Source: Azolla caroliniana (taxonomy: Eukaryota; Plantae; Polypodiophyta). From it: a stretch of 64,000 nucleotides of DNA. Shown here in pieces: positions 52,196-63,722 of the stretch (its first letter is position 1; every line of letters begins with the position of its first letter). The notes under the pieces are model-generated. The model saw only the letters and a program-made list of their open reading frames with translations. It was not told the DNA's origin and did not search any database. Position numbers and translations under genes: made by a program. The stretch spans positions 8,370,001 through 8,434,000 of the forward strand of contig JBHGNT010000016.1 of assembly GCA_043228905.1 (NCBI GenBank), in the 5' to 3' direction.

Positions 52196-55100
52196 TGTAC
52201 TACTAGCTCTTCAAGAATTAGAGTATTAGTGTGGCATGGAGGAAGAAGGTGAAGGGCATGGCATGCATTTGTTGATACCATTAACCCGAATCAGAGTTAG
52301 AGCATATACATTTATAGGTATCTATTGCATCTATGTGTCTATACATACATATAAGTAGATAGACGAACATATATACATATATGTTTTACGTATATACATT
52401 TATATGTTTGTTTATGTACATCTATACTGTAATTTGAATTGTATGTCTATGTATAAGTACTTAGGTGTATACATGTATCAATAAATATGGATGTCACTAA
52501 CGTGGATTAGTAGTGTTGATTTGTTACCATCTCAATCAATCTCAAGTTCAAGTGGTTTATTTTAGTATCCACTCATTATGGAAAGTACTTCCTTTTTCTA
52601 GGACATCATTGCCTGCTTCCAAAGGTGAGACGAAGACATCAAACAAATTCAAGGATGGCAAAGAAAACAAACACTCTTCTAGTGCTGTAATTGAAGCTTT
52701 TGAAAGTTAACTAGATTTGCCACCATCTCCTTTTGAAGTCTCTTTATTTCTTTATATTCACACATCTCGTTATACATTAAGATGTTTAGTAGTTTGTATA
52801 CACAAATAATGACTAGGAAGATATGTCATGAGACATCAACAATCAAGTATTAGCACATCCTGCGATATGTTAGGGTGTTTCTTTATTTATAACGTTCATT
52901 AAGGACAAGGAAAATGAAATTCATGCCAAGCTAAGCCTTTGAAACGTCTCGTTTGAAGCTAAGTGTTCATAATTCAGGTTAAATGTTTTACACTTTACCA
53001 ATTAAGTGTTGGAACATCTAGTGATACATTAGGGTGCTAAGACAACTTTTGTGTCAGGATACACATTTAAACATTCAAAAATAAAATATTAAAAGTTCTC
53101 CTGATATGTGAGGGTGTTTATTTTATTCGGAACATTTATGAAGCACAAAGAAGAAAGAAAGGAACATTTTTGAGATTATTAGCTGTCAAATATGTACATC
53201 AAGAGCGATGGTGACAATAGATATTAATGTAAGGCTTGTTCAAGAACTGCATCAAAATTATGGGAAGGAATATGTAGGTCAGGTGATGGAGGCACAATCT
53301 TCCCTCCATCACCCATGCATATATAAATATCATGTAAAACTATGGGCTGATTATTGTGTTAAACGTTGTCATGTCTTTCGGCGCCGGATCGTTTGCGTGT
53401 GTCGGTGGGAACCGTCGGGGTTTTGGACTAGGAGGAAGAACTTGAGACGAATCTAGTTATGAATATATTTTAAGAAAGAGATATAAAAACCTCGTGAATC
53501 CCACAAGTATAATGTATTTTATAAGATTAATCAATATTAAGATAATAATATGAATTTGGATTGAAAGAGAGAGATATAAAAACCTCGTGAATCCCACGAG
53601 TATAGTTTATTTCGTGGATCCCACGAATCTAATTTATTAATTGGTGTTTTTATAAATATATCCAATTTCCAAAAGATTTCACACCATTATTTATTTATTT
53701 ATTTATTTTCCCCCTTTATTACATTGTGCTCCTCATCCTTATATATGTCAAGACTCGTGGGTAGGAGATAGAGTGAGAGCGAGAGCGATAGGGAAAGAGA
53801 GAGGGTGTGTGTGTGTGTGCATGAGAGAGAGCGAGAGTGAGTGAGAGAGATAAGACTTCAAATAGAAATGAGATTATATTATGATGAAAAAAGATTACAA
53901 TGAGTAGGCCAAGGGCTAAAGACTGGTGTTGAACCGAATGAGTTGAAATAAATGTATGGACACTTATTTATAGATCCTTATGGAGTATTCTAGAATGTTC
54001 TAGAATATTTTAGATTTTTATGATAAGAAATATAATCATGAAATATTAAAGGATCTTCTAGAATAATCTAGAATGTTCTAAAATATTTTAATATCTCGTA
54101 ATAACTAAAAATATAATTATTATAATCACACAACATATATGTTATTACAATGGTTAAGGGTTTAACACATAGACCAAGAAGTCGTGGGTTCGATTCTTGA
54201 TAAGCCAAAATGTTGTCTTCATGACATTATCCCCCCTTTCGATGACGAGTTCCACGAGTCAGAAGACAAGAGTTCAAACATGGTTTATGGGGATATTTGT
54301 CGTGAAATGCAACAACCATGTTGGAGGCATTAGCAAGATGCTTGGCAGGTTCCCATGTTCGATCATTAGGTGTATAAACTAACCAATCAACCAAATAATA
54401 TAGTTTGTTGCGGATGAACTTGGAGTCGAGAATGGCAGCAACCTCATATTTAGAGCCATTGGAAACTTTGATTGGAGTGGGGGAGGTGTAAGACGACCCG
54501 AAATAGAGCTTGTTGTGTAGGGCTCCAAAAGTGAAACATGGAAGACCGGGTGAAGACGCATATGAGGAGGGAGATCAAGAAGAAATGTCACATCATTGAT
54601 CTTACCAGAGATCACATATGGGCCGAAACGTTGATAATCCAATTTGTAGCAAGGTCGGGTGGTTTTAATGCTACCTTGTAAGAGCCATCCACGATCTCCT
54701 ACTTGAAACGTAGTCGATGAATCACGCCGATGACGATCAACAATATTCTTTTGAGTGTTTTGGGCATCACATAAATGATGCAAAAGTATATCCTGAACTT
54801 CTTGGAGTCGAGTGAGCCGATCTTCAGCAGTCGGGTTTTTCGGGAGTTCGGGATGTTCAATCATCGTCCAATGAGGATGGTACCCAATGTTAGCAAAAAA
54901 TGGGGAATATCCAATAGAAGAATGTTCGGAGTTGTTGTAAGCAAATTCAGCCAAATGTAATAAATCCACCCAATCATCCTGTTGATAGTTGACAAAACAA
55001 CGTAGATATTGTTCGACTATTTGGTTGGTGCGCTCACTCTGCCCATTAGTCTTTGGATGATAGCCGGAAGAGAGTTTACAAGAAGTATGTAAGAGTTTGA

Positions 55101-55790
55101 ACATGTGCCGCCAAAATTTCGAGATGAATTGGGGACCCCGATCATTGATAATATCATCCGGAAGACCATGATGGCGAAACACCTCCCGCATGAGTAAATC
55201 AGCTATCTCTTGACTAGTAATGGTTTTCGTGCATGGAAGGAAATGCGCCATCTTCGTAAAACGATCGACTACCGAGAGAATAGAATCAAATCCCTTGGAA
55301 GGTGGAAGATCCGTAATAAAGTTCAAGGAAATAGAATTCCATGGGCTCTCCGGAATAGGCATTGGCTGTAATTGGCCATATGGATGATGTTGAGGCTTTT
55401 TTTATCAGCAACATGTATCACAACTACGAACATAATCCATTACAAAATGGCAAAGCCATGGCCACCAACTCAAAAGTCTTGTCGATGCTGGCATGTCCAG
55501 CCATTGGCGTGTCATGACATTGTTGCACAACTTTGAGTCAAGAAGGACCGTCAGGCACATACAAGAGAGTTTGTTGAAAAAGCAAACCATCATGCCAACT
55601 GAACTGGGTGTAGTCTAGATGAGGATTTTGAGATTGGGAGCTGGAAGCACGCTTTGGGATAATATGACTCAAAATCTCTTAGGTGAATGCATCGGTTGCG
55701 ATCTACTCCCGAATGGAATCAAGAAGCCTTGAATCTCCTGGTGCGTTGATAGTATGTATTGCCATTACTTGTAGACGATCAAGACCTAAG

Positions 55791-56199
55791 TGTCATGAAC
55801 ACATGACCATTATGGCATCACCCAGACTTGAACCTCGAACCTTGTAATTCATACTTGAAAACCTCAACCATTAAGATAGCTTATTGTTATATGAAACAAT
55901 AAAAGCTACTTCTTGTATTACATTGATTATTGTAAAAACTCTAGATTATTCTAGAATGTTCTAGAATGTCCTAGAGCATTCTAGGTCTAGAACATTCTAG
56001 AACATTCTAGAAATCTCTAAGCTATTCTATAGGAACCTATAAATAAGCGCATACATGTATTCTCAAATCAATTCGAATCAACACCAGTCTTTAGCTCTCA
56101 TTACATATCTTGTATCCATTCTCTTTCTTTCTCTATCTTATACATCCGTTCTTCTCTATCCTTCTTCCATCACTCTATCTTTTATCCTTGGTTCTGACA
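55791..56199 (+). repeat. Solo LTR O of a Tcn1-like family
   Basis: TGTCA..TGACA, TSD CTAAG, TTCTAGAA repeats and CTATAAATA as in M/N LTRs. Confidence 0.92.
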
Positions 56200-56562
56200 C
56201 TAAGAGGATTTGCTTTTGACTTTCAAATGCGGCCTCTCCTGGTTGAAGTTCCATATACGAACGTTGAGATAAAGCATCTGCTTTTCCTTGTTGCATCCCA
56301 GGGCGATATAGAATTACAAAATCAAAATGAGTTAAGAACTGTGCCCAACGAGCTTGTCGACGATTCAAGACTCGAGCACTTTGGAAGTATGTTAGATTTT
56401 TGTGATCATTGAAGACAATAATCTGTTGAGAAGAAGCCTCGAAAAAATGACGCCATTGTTGAAAAGAATCCACAAAGGCAAGAAGCTCTTTGTCGTGAAT
56501 CTCATAGTTGATTTCTGCGGCTTCAAATTTCCGTGAGTGAAAAGCTACAGGGTGCAATTCAA

Positions 56563-56930
56563 CATCTTCGCCAATCCGGGATAGTACATTTCCAAGTGCG
56601 AAATCAGATGCATCAGCTTCAAGTATAAAGCGCCTCATTGGATCAACATGCATCAAAATTGGTGCAAATGTAAACGCTTGCTTTAAACCCTTAAATGCGG
56701 AGTTCGCATCTATACCCCATACAAATGGTTGATTCTTGCGCATCGGTTCACCATCTTCGCCAATCTGGGATAGTACACTTCCGAGTGCGAAATTAGATGC
56801 ATCAGCTTCAAGTATAAAGCGCCTCATTGGATCGACATGCATTAAAATTGGTGCAAATGTAAACGCTTGCTTTAAACCCTCAAATGCAGAGTTCACATCT
56901 ATACCCCATACAAATGGTTGATTCTTGCGT
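56563..56930 (-). repeat. In-frame 189-bp tandem duplication in the RT/RNase H junction of M
   Basis: RKNQPFVWGID..ADAS.FALG repeated twice in ORF 56156-57025. Confidence 0.92.
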
Positions 56931-57850
56931 GTTAGTTGAGTGAGGGGCAATACAATCTTTGAATAATCTTTGATTAACTTGCGATAAAATTTTGCGAAAC
57001 CCAAAAAACATTGTACATCTCGCACAGACTATGGTGTTTGCCAATCCAAAATTGTTTGAACCTTTGATGGATCCATAGAGGTGCCATTTGAAGAGACTAT
57101 GTACCCCAGAAATTCCACTTGACACTGGTCGAAACTACACTTCTCCAATTTTGCATAGAGACCATACTCTCGTAACCGTTGCAAAACTTGGCGAACATGT
57201 ATCTCATGCTCCTCTTGATTTTTTGAGTAGATCAAGATATCATCTAGGTAAACTATGATGAAGATATCGAGGAAGTCCTGAAAAATGTCATTCGCCATAT
57301 GTTGGAAAACTGTTGGTGCATTCGTGAGACCAAATGGCATCACTGTATACTCAAAATGACCATAGCGAGTGCAGAATGCGGTCTTCCATTCAAACTGTCA
57401 TAACTAGACTCGAACCCATAACCTTTTGTTACACGGGTCGAGACTTTACCATTAGGTTATGAATTGTAATTTGAAGGATATTATTTTCATTTAGGTTTTA
57501 TTGGGAAATTGATGTATATTCCAGATTTCTCTGGAACATTCTAGAAACTTCAGGAGTATTCCTGAAGACACTATAAAAGGAGGCGCAAGGCATTAGTTCG
57601 AACCAAATCGGTTCAACGCCAGTCTTAAGCCTTCTAACTACTGTTGTATATCTTCCTTCATATAATACATATACCTTTCGCATCATCATTCTCTCTCTCT
57701 CTCTCTCTCTCTCTCACCCATTCCTTCTCTCAAAGTTCGACACCTCTCATAGTACTAATCCTTCTCTGTCTTAGTACTATTCCCCGACAATAGTACTAAT
57801 CCTTCTTTTAGTACTAATTCCTTCTCTGCCTTAATAGAGTTCCTGACAGT

Positions 57851-57862
57851 TTGAACCGATTT
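57851..57862 (+). promoter_or_regulatory. Self-priming PBS (Tf1 type) of N
   Basis: TTGAACCGATTT is the exact reverse complement of AAATCGGTTCAA (57605-57616), 33 nt after TATAAAA. Confidence 0.85.
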
Positions 57863-57949
57863 CCCGGTGCCTGTCTGGTCTTTTCTCTCCCTCTTCCTTC
57901 TGTCTCCCTCCTTTCCTATTAGTCTCTTATTTCCCTTTTCCTTCATCCC

Positions 57950-59119
57950 ATGGCCACCGTTAGCGCTGAAGAGTATCAATCCGTTTTCTCAGAATTTCAA
58001 TGCTTGAAAGAGAAGTTTCATGCTTTGGAACAAGAAAATCAACGCTTGTTGGGGGATCTTCAGCAAATTTCCTTAGAAAAGCAGCAAACACAACAACAGC
58101 ATGGGGAACTTGCGTTACGTGTGCAACAACTCGAAGCAACCATCGTAGCAATGCAACAACAAGGGCACGGAGCACAAGGGATTCATAAAGAACCCAAGAT
58201 TGGCCTTCCCACGAAGTTCGATGGAACGCGATCGCAGTTTAGAGGGTTTCTTAACCAGGTACGGTTAGTTATTCAAATGCATCCGTCCCGATATCCCACC
58301 GATGCATCACGAGTGGGTTTAGTAGGCACGTTGTTAAATGGCTCAGCATTAGCATGGTTCGCTCCGCTACTAGAAAAGGAATCTCCAGTACTAAATAATT
58401 TTGAAGAATTCATAAGTGAGTTTAAAGCATGTTTTGGAGATACTGACAGCATAAGGACTGCAATCAACAAAATCCGGCGATTACGCCAAGGTGACCGTCC
58501 AGCCTCCGCATATGCTGCAGATTTCCGCCTACTCGCCGCCGATATCCCCTGGGATGATCAAGCATTGATGGAGCAGTTCCGCTATGGTCTACGCAACGAT
58601 GTCAAGGATTTACTCTTGACTTTCCCTGAAGAGCCAAAATCATTAACAGAAGCAATCAGTCGAGCGGTCAGATGTGACAACCGCCTCTTCGAGCGACGTT
58701 CGGAACGACAATTTCAGATGCCGAGGGCAAGATCCGAGCCTACCTATGCCTCAGTGGTAGCAAAACCTTTTCAAAGGGAGTCACATAATGCGCCTCCAGT
58801 AAGTACTCCAACTCCAATGGAAATTGACACTACACGTCGTCGTGGGCCGCTATCGGAGGAGGAAAAGCAACGACGCCGAACAAACCGATTATGCCTTTAT
58901 TGCGGTGGACCAGGGCATATCGCGATAAACTGTCCCCATAGACCAAGAAGGCAGGTAAACCAAGTCATTGTTAGTTTCGATTATACTAAACCCGAGTCTA
59001 TTTCAGTAGGAATCTCTGATAGTCCTCATAGTCATAATAGTCCTAATAGTACTAATAGTCCGAATCTCGCAAACAAATTTGATGTCCTTAGCCAATTAGA
59101 AGAAGAGTTAAACGACTAA
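57950..59119 (+). CDS. Gag (coiled coil, capsid, CCHC knuckle) of N
   Basis: PTKFDG..FLNQ, LRQG..AYAADF, PMEID, CLYCGGPGHIAINC. Confidence 0.95.
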   Translation: MATVSAEEYQSVFSEFQCLKEKFHALEQENQRLLGDLQQISLEKQQTQQQHGELALRVQQLEATIVAMQQQGHGAQGIHKEPKIGLPTKFDGTRSQFRGFLNQVRLVIQMHPSRYPTDASRVGLVGTLLNGSALAWFAPLLEKESPVLNNFEEFISEFKACFGDTDSIRTAINKIRRLRQGDRPASAYAADFRLLAADIPWDDQALMEQFRYGLRNDVKDLLLTFPEEPKSLTEAISRAVRCDNRLFERRSERQFQMPRARSEPTYASVVAKPFQRESHNAPPVSTPTPMEIDTTRRRGPLSEEEKQRRRTNRLCLYCGGPGHIAINCPHRPRRQVNQVIVSFDYTKPESISVGISDSPHSHNSPNSTNSPNLANKFDVLSQLEEELND

Positions 59120-59160
59120 GTCCAGCCAAAATAGGAGCCGTTTGGTTGGACAGCCCTAGA
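59107..59160 (+). promoter_or_regulatory. Putative -1 ribosomal frameshift signal
   Basis: G_TTA_AAC heptamer, 6-nt spacer, stem GTCCAGCCAAA/TTTGGTTGGAC; pol lies in the -1 frame, open from 59092. Confidence 0.75.
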
Positions 59161-62100
59161 TCTGTGCAGCCCATTAGTGGTTCCATTCCCTCTAAGCAAG
59201 TTAGTGATGTGTTCGTAGCCCAAGTAGCAGTTAGTACTAAAAGTACCCCTCCAGTACATACCTTAGCCCTTCTAGATTCCGGAGCTAATTCTTGCTTCAT
59301 GGATAGGAATTTTGCCCGAGCTCATCAGATATCTCTCAGAAAGCTCCCATGTCCAGCCTCAGTAGTAGTCATTGATGGTCGTCCCATTGCTTCTGGTAAT
59401 ATCATAGAAGAGTCGGAACCCGTTAATATTGTCCTAGATAACTTAACATGTGTAGTATCATTTAATATTATTAGTATTCCAGAACATCCCATAGTTTTAG
59501 GATTACCATGGTTCGAGTTACATAACCCAGACATAGATTGGAGGACAAGGGAAATCCGGTTGCGACAAACCCAAGGATCTACCCAGAAGGTTGCAACCAT
59601 TTCGCTACGTCAGTTGCATGAGGAAGGGCGCAAGGAGGAAATGTTTCTCTTCGCAATATCAGTACAACCCTCCAGTACCACCAAAGAGGAGTCCACCGTT
59701 CAACTTCCCGAGAAGTATCGTCAGTATGCTGATGTGTTCGATAAAGTACAAGCCAACACACTTCCTCATCATCGGCCGTACGATTGCACCATCGACTTAC
59801 AACCGGGAAAAGAGCCGCCATGGGGGCCGATCTACAATTTGTCACCAACCGAGCTAGAAGTCCTTCGAGCCTATATAGAGGAGAATTTGGAGAACGGTTT
59901 CATTCGGCATTCGAAATCTCCAGCCGGCGCACCCATTTTCTTCGTCAAGAAAAAAGATGGCTCGCTTCGACTCGTTGTAGATTACCGTGGCTTGAATAAG
60001 GTCACAGTAAGAAATAGGTATGCTCTTCCCCTTATCTCAAGTCTTTTAGAACGGATCAACGGTGCCAGGTTCTTCACGAAGATCGACTTACGAGGAGCCT
60101 ATAACCTCGTACGGATCCGACCAGGAGATGAATGGAAGACCGCGTTTCGCACCAGATATGGGCACTTCGAGTATACGGTCATGCCGTTCGGACTCACTAA
60201 TGCGCCGGCAGTCTTCCAGCACATGGCGAATGATATATTTCGAGATCTCTTGGATGATTTTTTGATCATCTATTTGGATGATCTACTAGTTTATTCAAAG
60301 ACCCAAGAAGAACATGATTCTCATGTACTATTAGTACTAAAACGACTTCGAGAACATGGTCTGTATGCAAAGTTAGAGAAATGTAGTTTCGGGTGCAACC
60401 AAGTGGAGTTTCTCGGCTATGTCATCTCCTCAGAAGGCATATCTATGGACCCAGCCAAGGTCAAAACGGTGATAGAATGGCACACTCCGCGTTCGGTGCG
60501 GGATGTGCAATGCTTCCTAGGCTTTGCAAATTTCTACCGGAAGTTCATACAAAATTACTCAAAAATTGTGCTGCCTCTCACACAGCTCACCAGGAAGGGA
60601 CAATCATTCATTTGGTCTAAAGAGACGGACATGGCTTTCGAGAGTCTTAAGAAGGCGTTTACATCAGCTCCAATTTTAGGTCATGTGGATCCGGAAAAAC
60701 CATTCATTATCGAAGCTGACGCATCGGATTTCGCATTGGGGAGCATTCTGTCACAACAGGGTAACGACGAGAAGCTACATCCTGTGGCTTTCCACTCCCG
60801 TAAGTTTGACGTCGCCGAAATCAACTACGAAATTCATGATAAAGAGCTATTAGCAATAGTTGATTCTTTTATGCAATGGAGGCATTTCCTGGAGGGATCT
60901 CCTCATCAGGTCACTGTATTCAGTGACCATAAGAACCTTGCCTACTTTCAAGATGCTCGTGTACTGAATCGACGTCAAGCTCGGTGGGCCCACTTCCTCA
61001 CACGCTTCGACTTCAAAATTACATATCGTCCGGGGAAGCACCAAGGGAATGCAGATGCATTATCACGGCGTTCGTATCTAACACCACGTCCCGGTGAGCC
61101 AGCTTTCGATAACCAGAAGCAAGTAATCTTGGGTCCAGCACGACTGCAAGCAGCACAGGTCTTTGACATGCCCGTGGATTCCGACATTACCAATACTATA
61201 CGTGAGGACTTGAAGACTGACGCTTTCGCCCAAGCTATACTAGCACAAATTGACCCCTCTCGAGCGTCATGTTCACAATCACAATCACCAGGTACGGATT
61301 ATCGGCAATTCAAATACTGTGATGGATTACTCTTCTTTAAAGAACTTTTGTATGTTCCTAATGGTTCTTGCCGCCTTCGAGTAGTACAAAACTGCCATGA
61401 CACATATACAGCAGGACATTTTGGTAGTACTAAAACATTAGATTTAGTACAACGATCATTCTGGTGGCCCCGTATGCGACAATTTGTCGAAGATTTTGTT
61501 CGGACTTGCGATACATGCTGCAGAGCGAAAATGCCAAGACATCATCCATATGGTTTATTAGAACCATTACCAATTCCAAGCAAGCCATGGCAATCCATTG
61601 CTCTTGACTTCATTACAGATCTTCCAGTCTCTAAGGGATTCAGTGCGATTCTCACAGTGGTGGATCGATATACAAAGATGGCTCATTTCTTACCATGTAC
61701 TAAAGAAATATCTAGTGAAGACACCGCCGAAATTGTCATGCGGGAAGTATGTCGGCATCATGGACTCCCTGATAATATCATCAGCGATCGTGGACCCCAG
61801 TTTGTGTCAAAATTCTGGAAGCACCTTTTTAAAATGCTGAAGGTCACTTGTCACCTCTCCTCCGGCTACCACCCACAAACCGACGGTCAAGCTGAACGAA
61901 CAAATCAAACACTAGAGCAGTATCTGCGGTGCTTTCTCAACTATCATCAGAATGACTGGGCAGATATTCTTCAGTTCGCCGAATTTGCCTATAATAACGC
62001 TATCCACGCATCGACTAAAGTCACGCCATTCTACGCTTATACAGGATATCATCCCCGGTGGTGTGTCCTTGAAACCCCAGAAGTGTCCACAAATCCTTGC

Positions 62101-62703
62101 GCGGAGGATCGTTTGGAGCGGTTACGCAAGATACAAGCGGATTTATCTACTCAACTCCAGCAAGCTCAACAATCACACAAGGACTACGCAGATCGTCATC
62201 GACTTCCATCCAGTTTTAACATTGGAGATCGGGTGTGGCTGCTACGACGACACATCAAGACTACTCGCCCATGTGAGAAGTTGGATTATCGGCGATTAGG
62301 TCCTTTCCGTATTATCGGGAAGATTAATGATGTCGCTTTTCGTCTCGAGCTACCTCCGCAACTTCGGATACATCCGGTGTTTCATAGTTCTCTCCTCGAA
62401 CCCTATCACGAGAGCACTATCCCAGGACGTACTATACAACCACCACCTCCTATCGAGCTCGAAGATGGACCTGAGTATGAGGTCGCTGCCATCCTCGATT
62501 CCAAGATTGTTCGCAACAAGCTCTACTATCTAGTCGATTGGCTAGGATATAGTCCCAGCGAGCGTACTTGGGAACCGATCGAGAATGTGACCAATGCTCG
62601 TGCTCTTCTAGAAGACTTCCATCGACAATATCCCGAGAAACCGGGTCCTCAATCCAAAACGACTTGTGGAACTCGTCGTTTTAAAGGGGGGATAGTGTCA
62701 TAA
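59146..62703 (+). CDS. Pol (protease, RT, RNase H, integrase, chromodomain) of N, probably made as Gag-Pol by frameshift
   Basis: LLDSGA, YLDD, ADASD..DKELLA, HHCC, SDRGPQF, DGQAER, GPF, EYEVAAIL..YLVDWLGY..TWEP. Confidence 0.96.
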   Translation: MDSPRSVQPISGSIPSKQVSDVFVAQVAVSTKSTPPVHTLALLDSGANSCFMDRNFARAHQISLRKLPCPASVVVIDGRPIASGNIIEESEPVNIVLDNLTCVVSFNIISIPEHPIVLGLPWFELHNPDIDWRTREIRLRQTQGSTQKVATISLRQLHEEGRKEEMFLFAISVQPSSTTKEESTVQLPEKYRQYADVFDKVQANTLPHHRPYDCTIDLQPGKEPPWGPIYNLSPTELEVLRAYIEENLENGFIRHSKSPAGAPIFFVKKKDGSLRLVVDYRGLNKVTVRNRYALPLISSLLERINGARFFTKIDLRGAYNLVRIRPGDEWKTAFRTRYGHFEYTVMPFGLTNAPAVFQHMANDIFRDLLDDFLIIYLDDLLVYSKTQEEHDSHVLLVLKRLREHGLYAKLEKCSFGCNQVEFLGYVISSEGISMDPAKVKTVIEWHTPRSVRDVQCFLGFANFYRKFIQNYSKIVLPLTQLTRKGQSFIWSKETDMAFESLKKAFTSAPILGHVDPEKPFIIEADASDFALGSILSQQGNDEKLHPVAFHSRKFDVAEINYEIHDKELLAIVDSFMQWRHFLEGSPHQVTVFSDHKNLAYFQDARVLNRRQARWAHFLTRFDFKITYRPGKHQGNADALSRRSYLTPRPGEPAFDNQKQVILGPARLQAAQVFDMPVDSDITNTIREDLKTDAFAQAILAQIDPSRASCSQSQSPGTDYRQFKYCDGLLFFKELLYVPNGSCRLRVVQNCHDTYTAGHFGSTKTLDLVQRSFWWPRMRQFVEDFVRTCDTCCRAKMPRHHPYGLLEPLPIPSKPWQSIALDFITDLPVSKGFSAILTVVDRYTKMAHFLPCTKEISSEDTAEIVMREVCRHHGLPDNIISDRGPQFVSKFWKHLFKMLKVTCHLSSGYHPQTDGQAERTNQTLEQYLRCFLNYHQNDWADILQFAEFAYNNAIHASTKVTPFYAYTGYHPRWCVLETPEVSTNPCAEDRLERLRKIQADLSTQLQQAQQSHKDYADRHRLPSSFNIGDRVWLLRRHIKTTRPCEKLDYRRLGPFRIIGKINDVAFRLELPPQLRIHPVFHSSLLEPYHESTIPGRTIQPPPPIELEDGPEYEVAAILDSKIVRNKLYYLVDWLGYSPSERTWEPIENVTNARALLEDFHRQYPEKPGPQSKTTCGTRRFKGGIVS

Positions 62704-62985
62704 CTAGACTCGAACCCATAACCTTTTGTTACACGGGTCGAGACTTTACCATTAGGTTATGAATTGTAATTTGAAGGATATTATTTTCATTTAGGTTTTA
62801 TTGGGAAATTGATGTATATTCCAGATTTCTCTGGAACATTCTAGAAACTTCAGGAGTATTCCTGAAGACACTATAAAAGGAGGCGCAAGGCATTAGTTCG
62901 AACCAAATCGGTTCAATGCCAGTCTTAAGCCTTCTAACTACTGTTGTATATCTTCCTTCATATAATACATATACCTTTCGCATCA

Positions 62986-63037
<52 letters not shown>

Positions 63038-63722
63038 ATTCCTTCTCTCAAAGTTCGACACCTCTCATAGTACTAATCCTTCTCTGTCTTAGTACTATTC
63101 CCCGACAATAGTACTAATCCTTCTTTTAGTACTAATTCCTTCTCTGCCTTAATAGAGTTCCTGACACAAACAAGGTTGTAGGCACCTCGAAGATCTAACT
63201 TCATGAAATACTTTGCTCCACTGAGGCGTTCTAGAAGGCTTGAGATCAATGGTAGAACATATTGGTTTCTAATAGTCCCTTTATTCAAGCCCCGATAATC
63301 CATGACCATACGAAGCGTACCATCTTTCTTCTTAACGAAAAAGATGGGTGCACCAGTAGGAGATCTTGAATGTTGGGTAAAACCATTTGCCAGGTTCTCA
63401 TCGATATATTCTTGAAGAACCTCTAACTCCGTGGGCAAAAGGTTATAAATTGGCCCCCATGGAGGCTCTTTTCTTGGCTTCAAATCAATCGGGAAATCAT
63501 ATGGTCGATGTTCTGGTAATCTATTAGCCTTCACCTTATCGAACACATCGGAGAATTCTATGTACTTCTTTGGTAATTGGACCCCCAATTCTTGTGAGCT
63601 AGATGAGGGAGTTTCTAAAACCGCAAACACTAGCATGTCTTCCTTCCTTCCATCCTCTCATAACTGATGTATAGAGATTGTTGAAATCTTGTGGGATCTT
63701 AGATCTGTTAGAAAATGGAGTT

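Larger units (their letters stand above)
57396..63166 (+). mobile_element. Intact, very young chromovirus N (Tcn1-like Ty3/Gypsy)
   Basis: LTRs 57396-57848 and 62696-63166 (one substitution plus CT-repeat length), TSD CAAAC, PPT AAAGGGGGGATAG, intact gag and pol. Confidence 0.97.
53746..63722 (-). mobile_element. Older degenerate chromovirus M (Tcn1-like Ty3/Gypsy), interrupted by O, N and an LTR at 63723
   Basis: 3' LTR 53746-54226, PPT 54227-54240, chromodomain/integrase 54240-55780, RNase H/RT 56205-57390 (YLDD), RT start 63172-63640. Confidence 0.9.

Noticed and set aside
52196-53745. AT-rich segment with short imperfect duplications (~52860/53100; ~53478/53571)
   Set aside because: No TIR, TSD or coding signal that I could support
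50928-56930. Shared 189-bp period of the tandem array and of M's duplication
   Set aside because: Sequences are unrelated; treated as coincidence
54143-57462. Bona fide tRNA genes or SINE insertions in the M, O and N LTRs
   Set aside because: No convincing cloverleaf or anticodon arm, no tail or TSD; only the A/B boxes and spacing are supported
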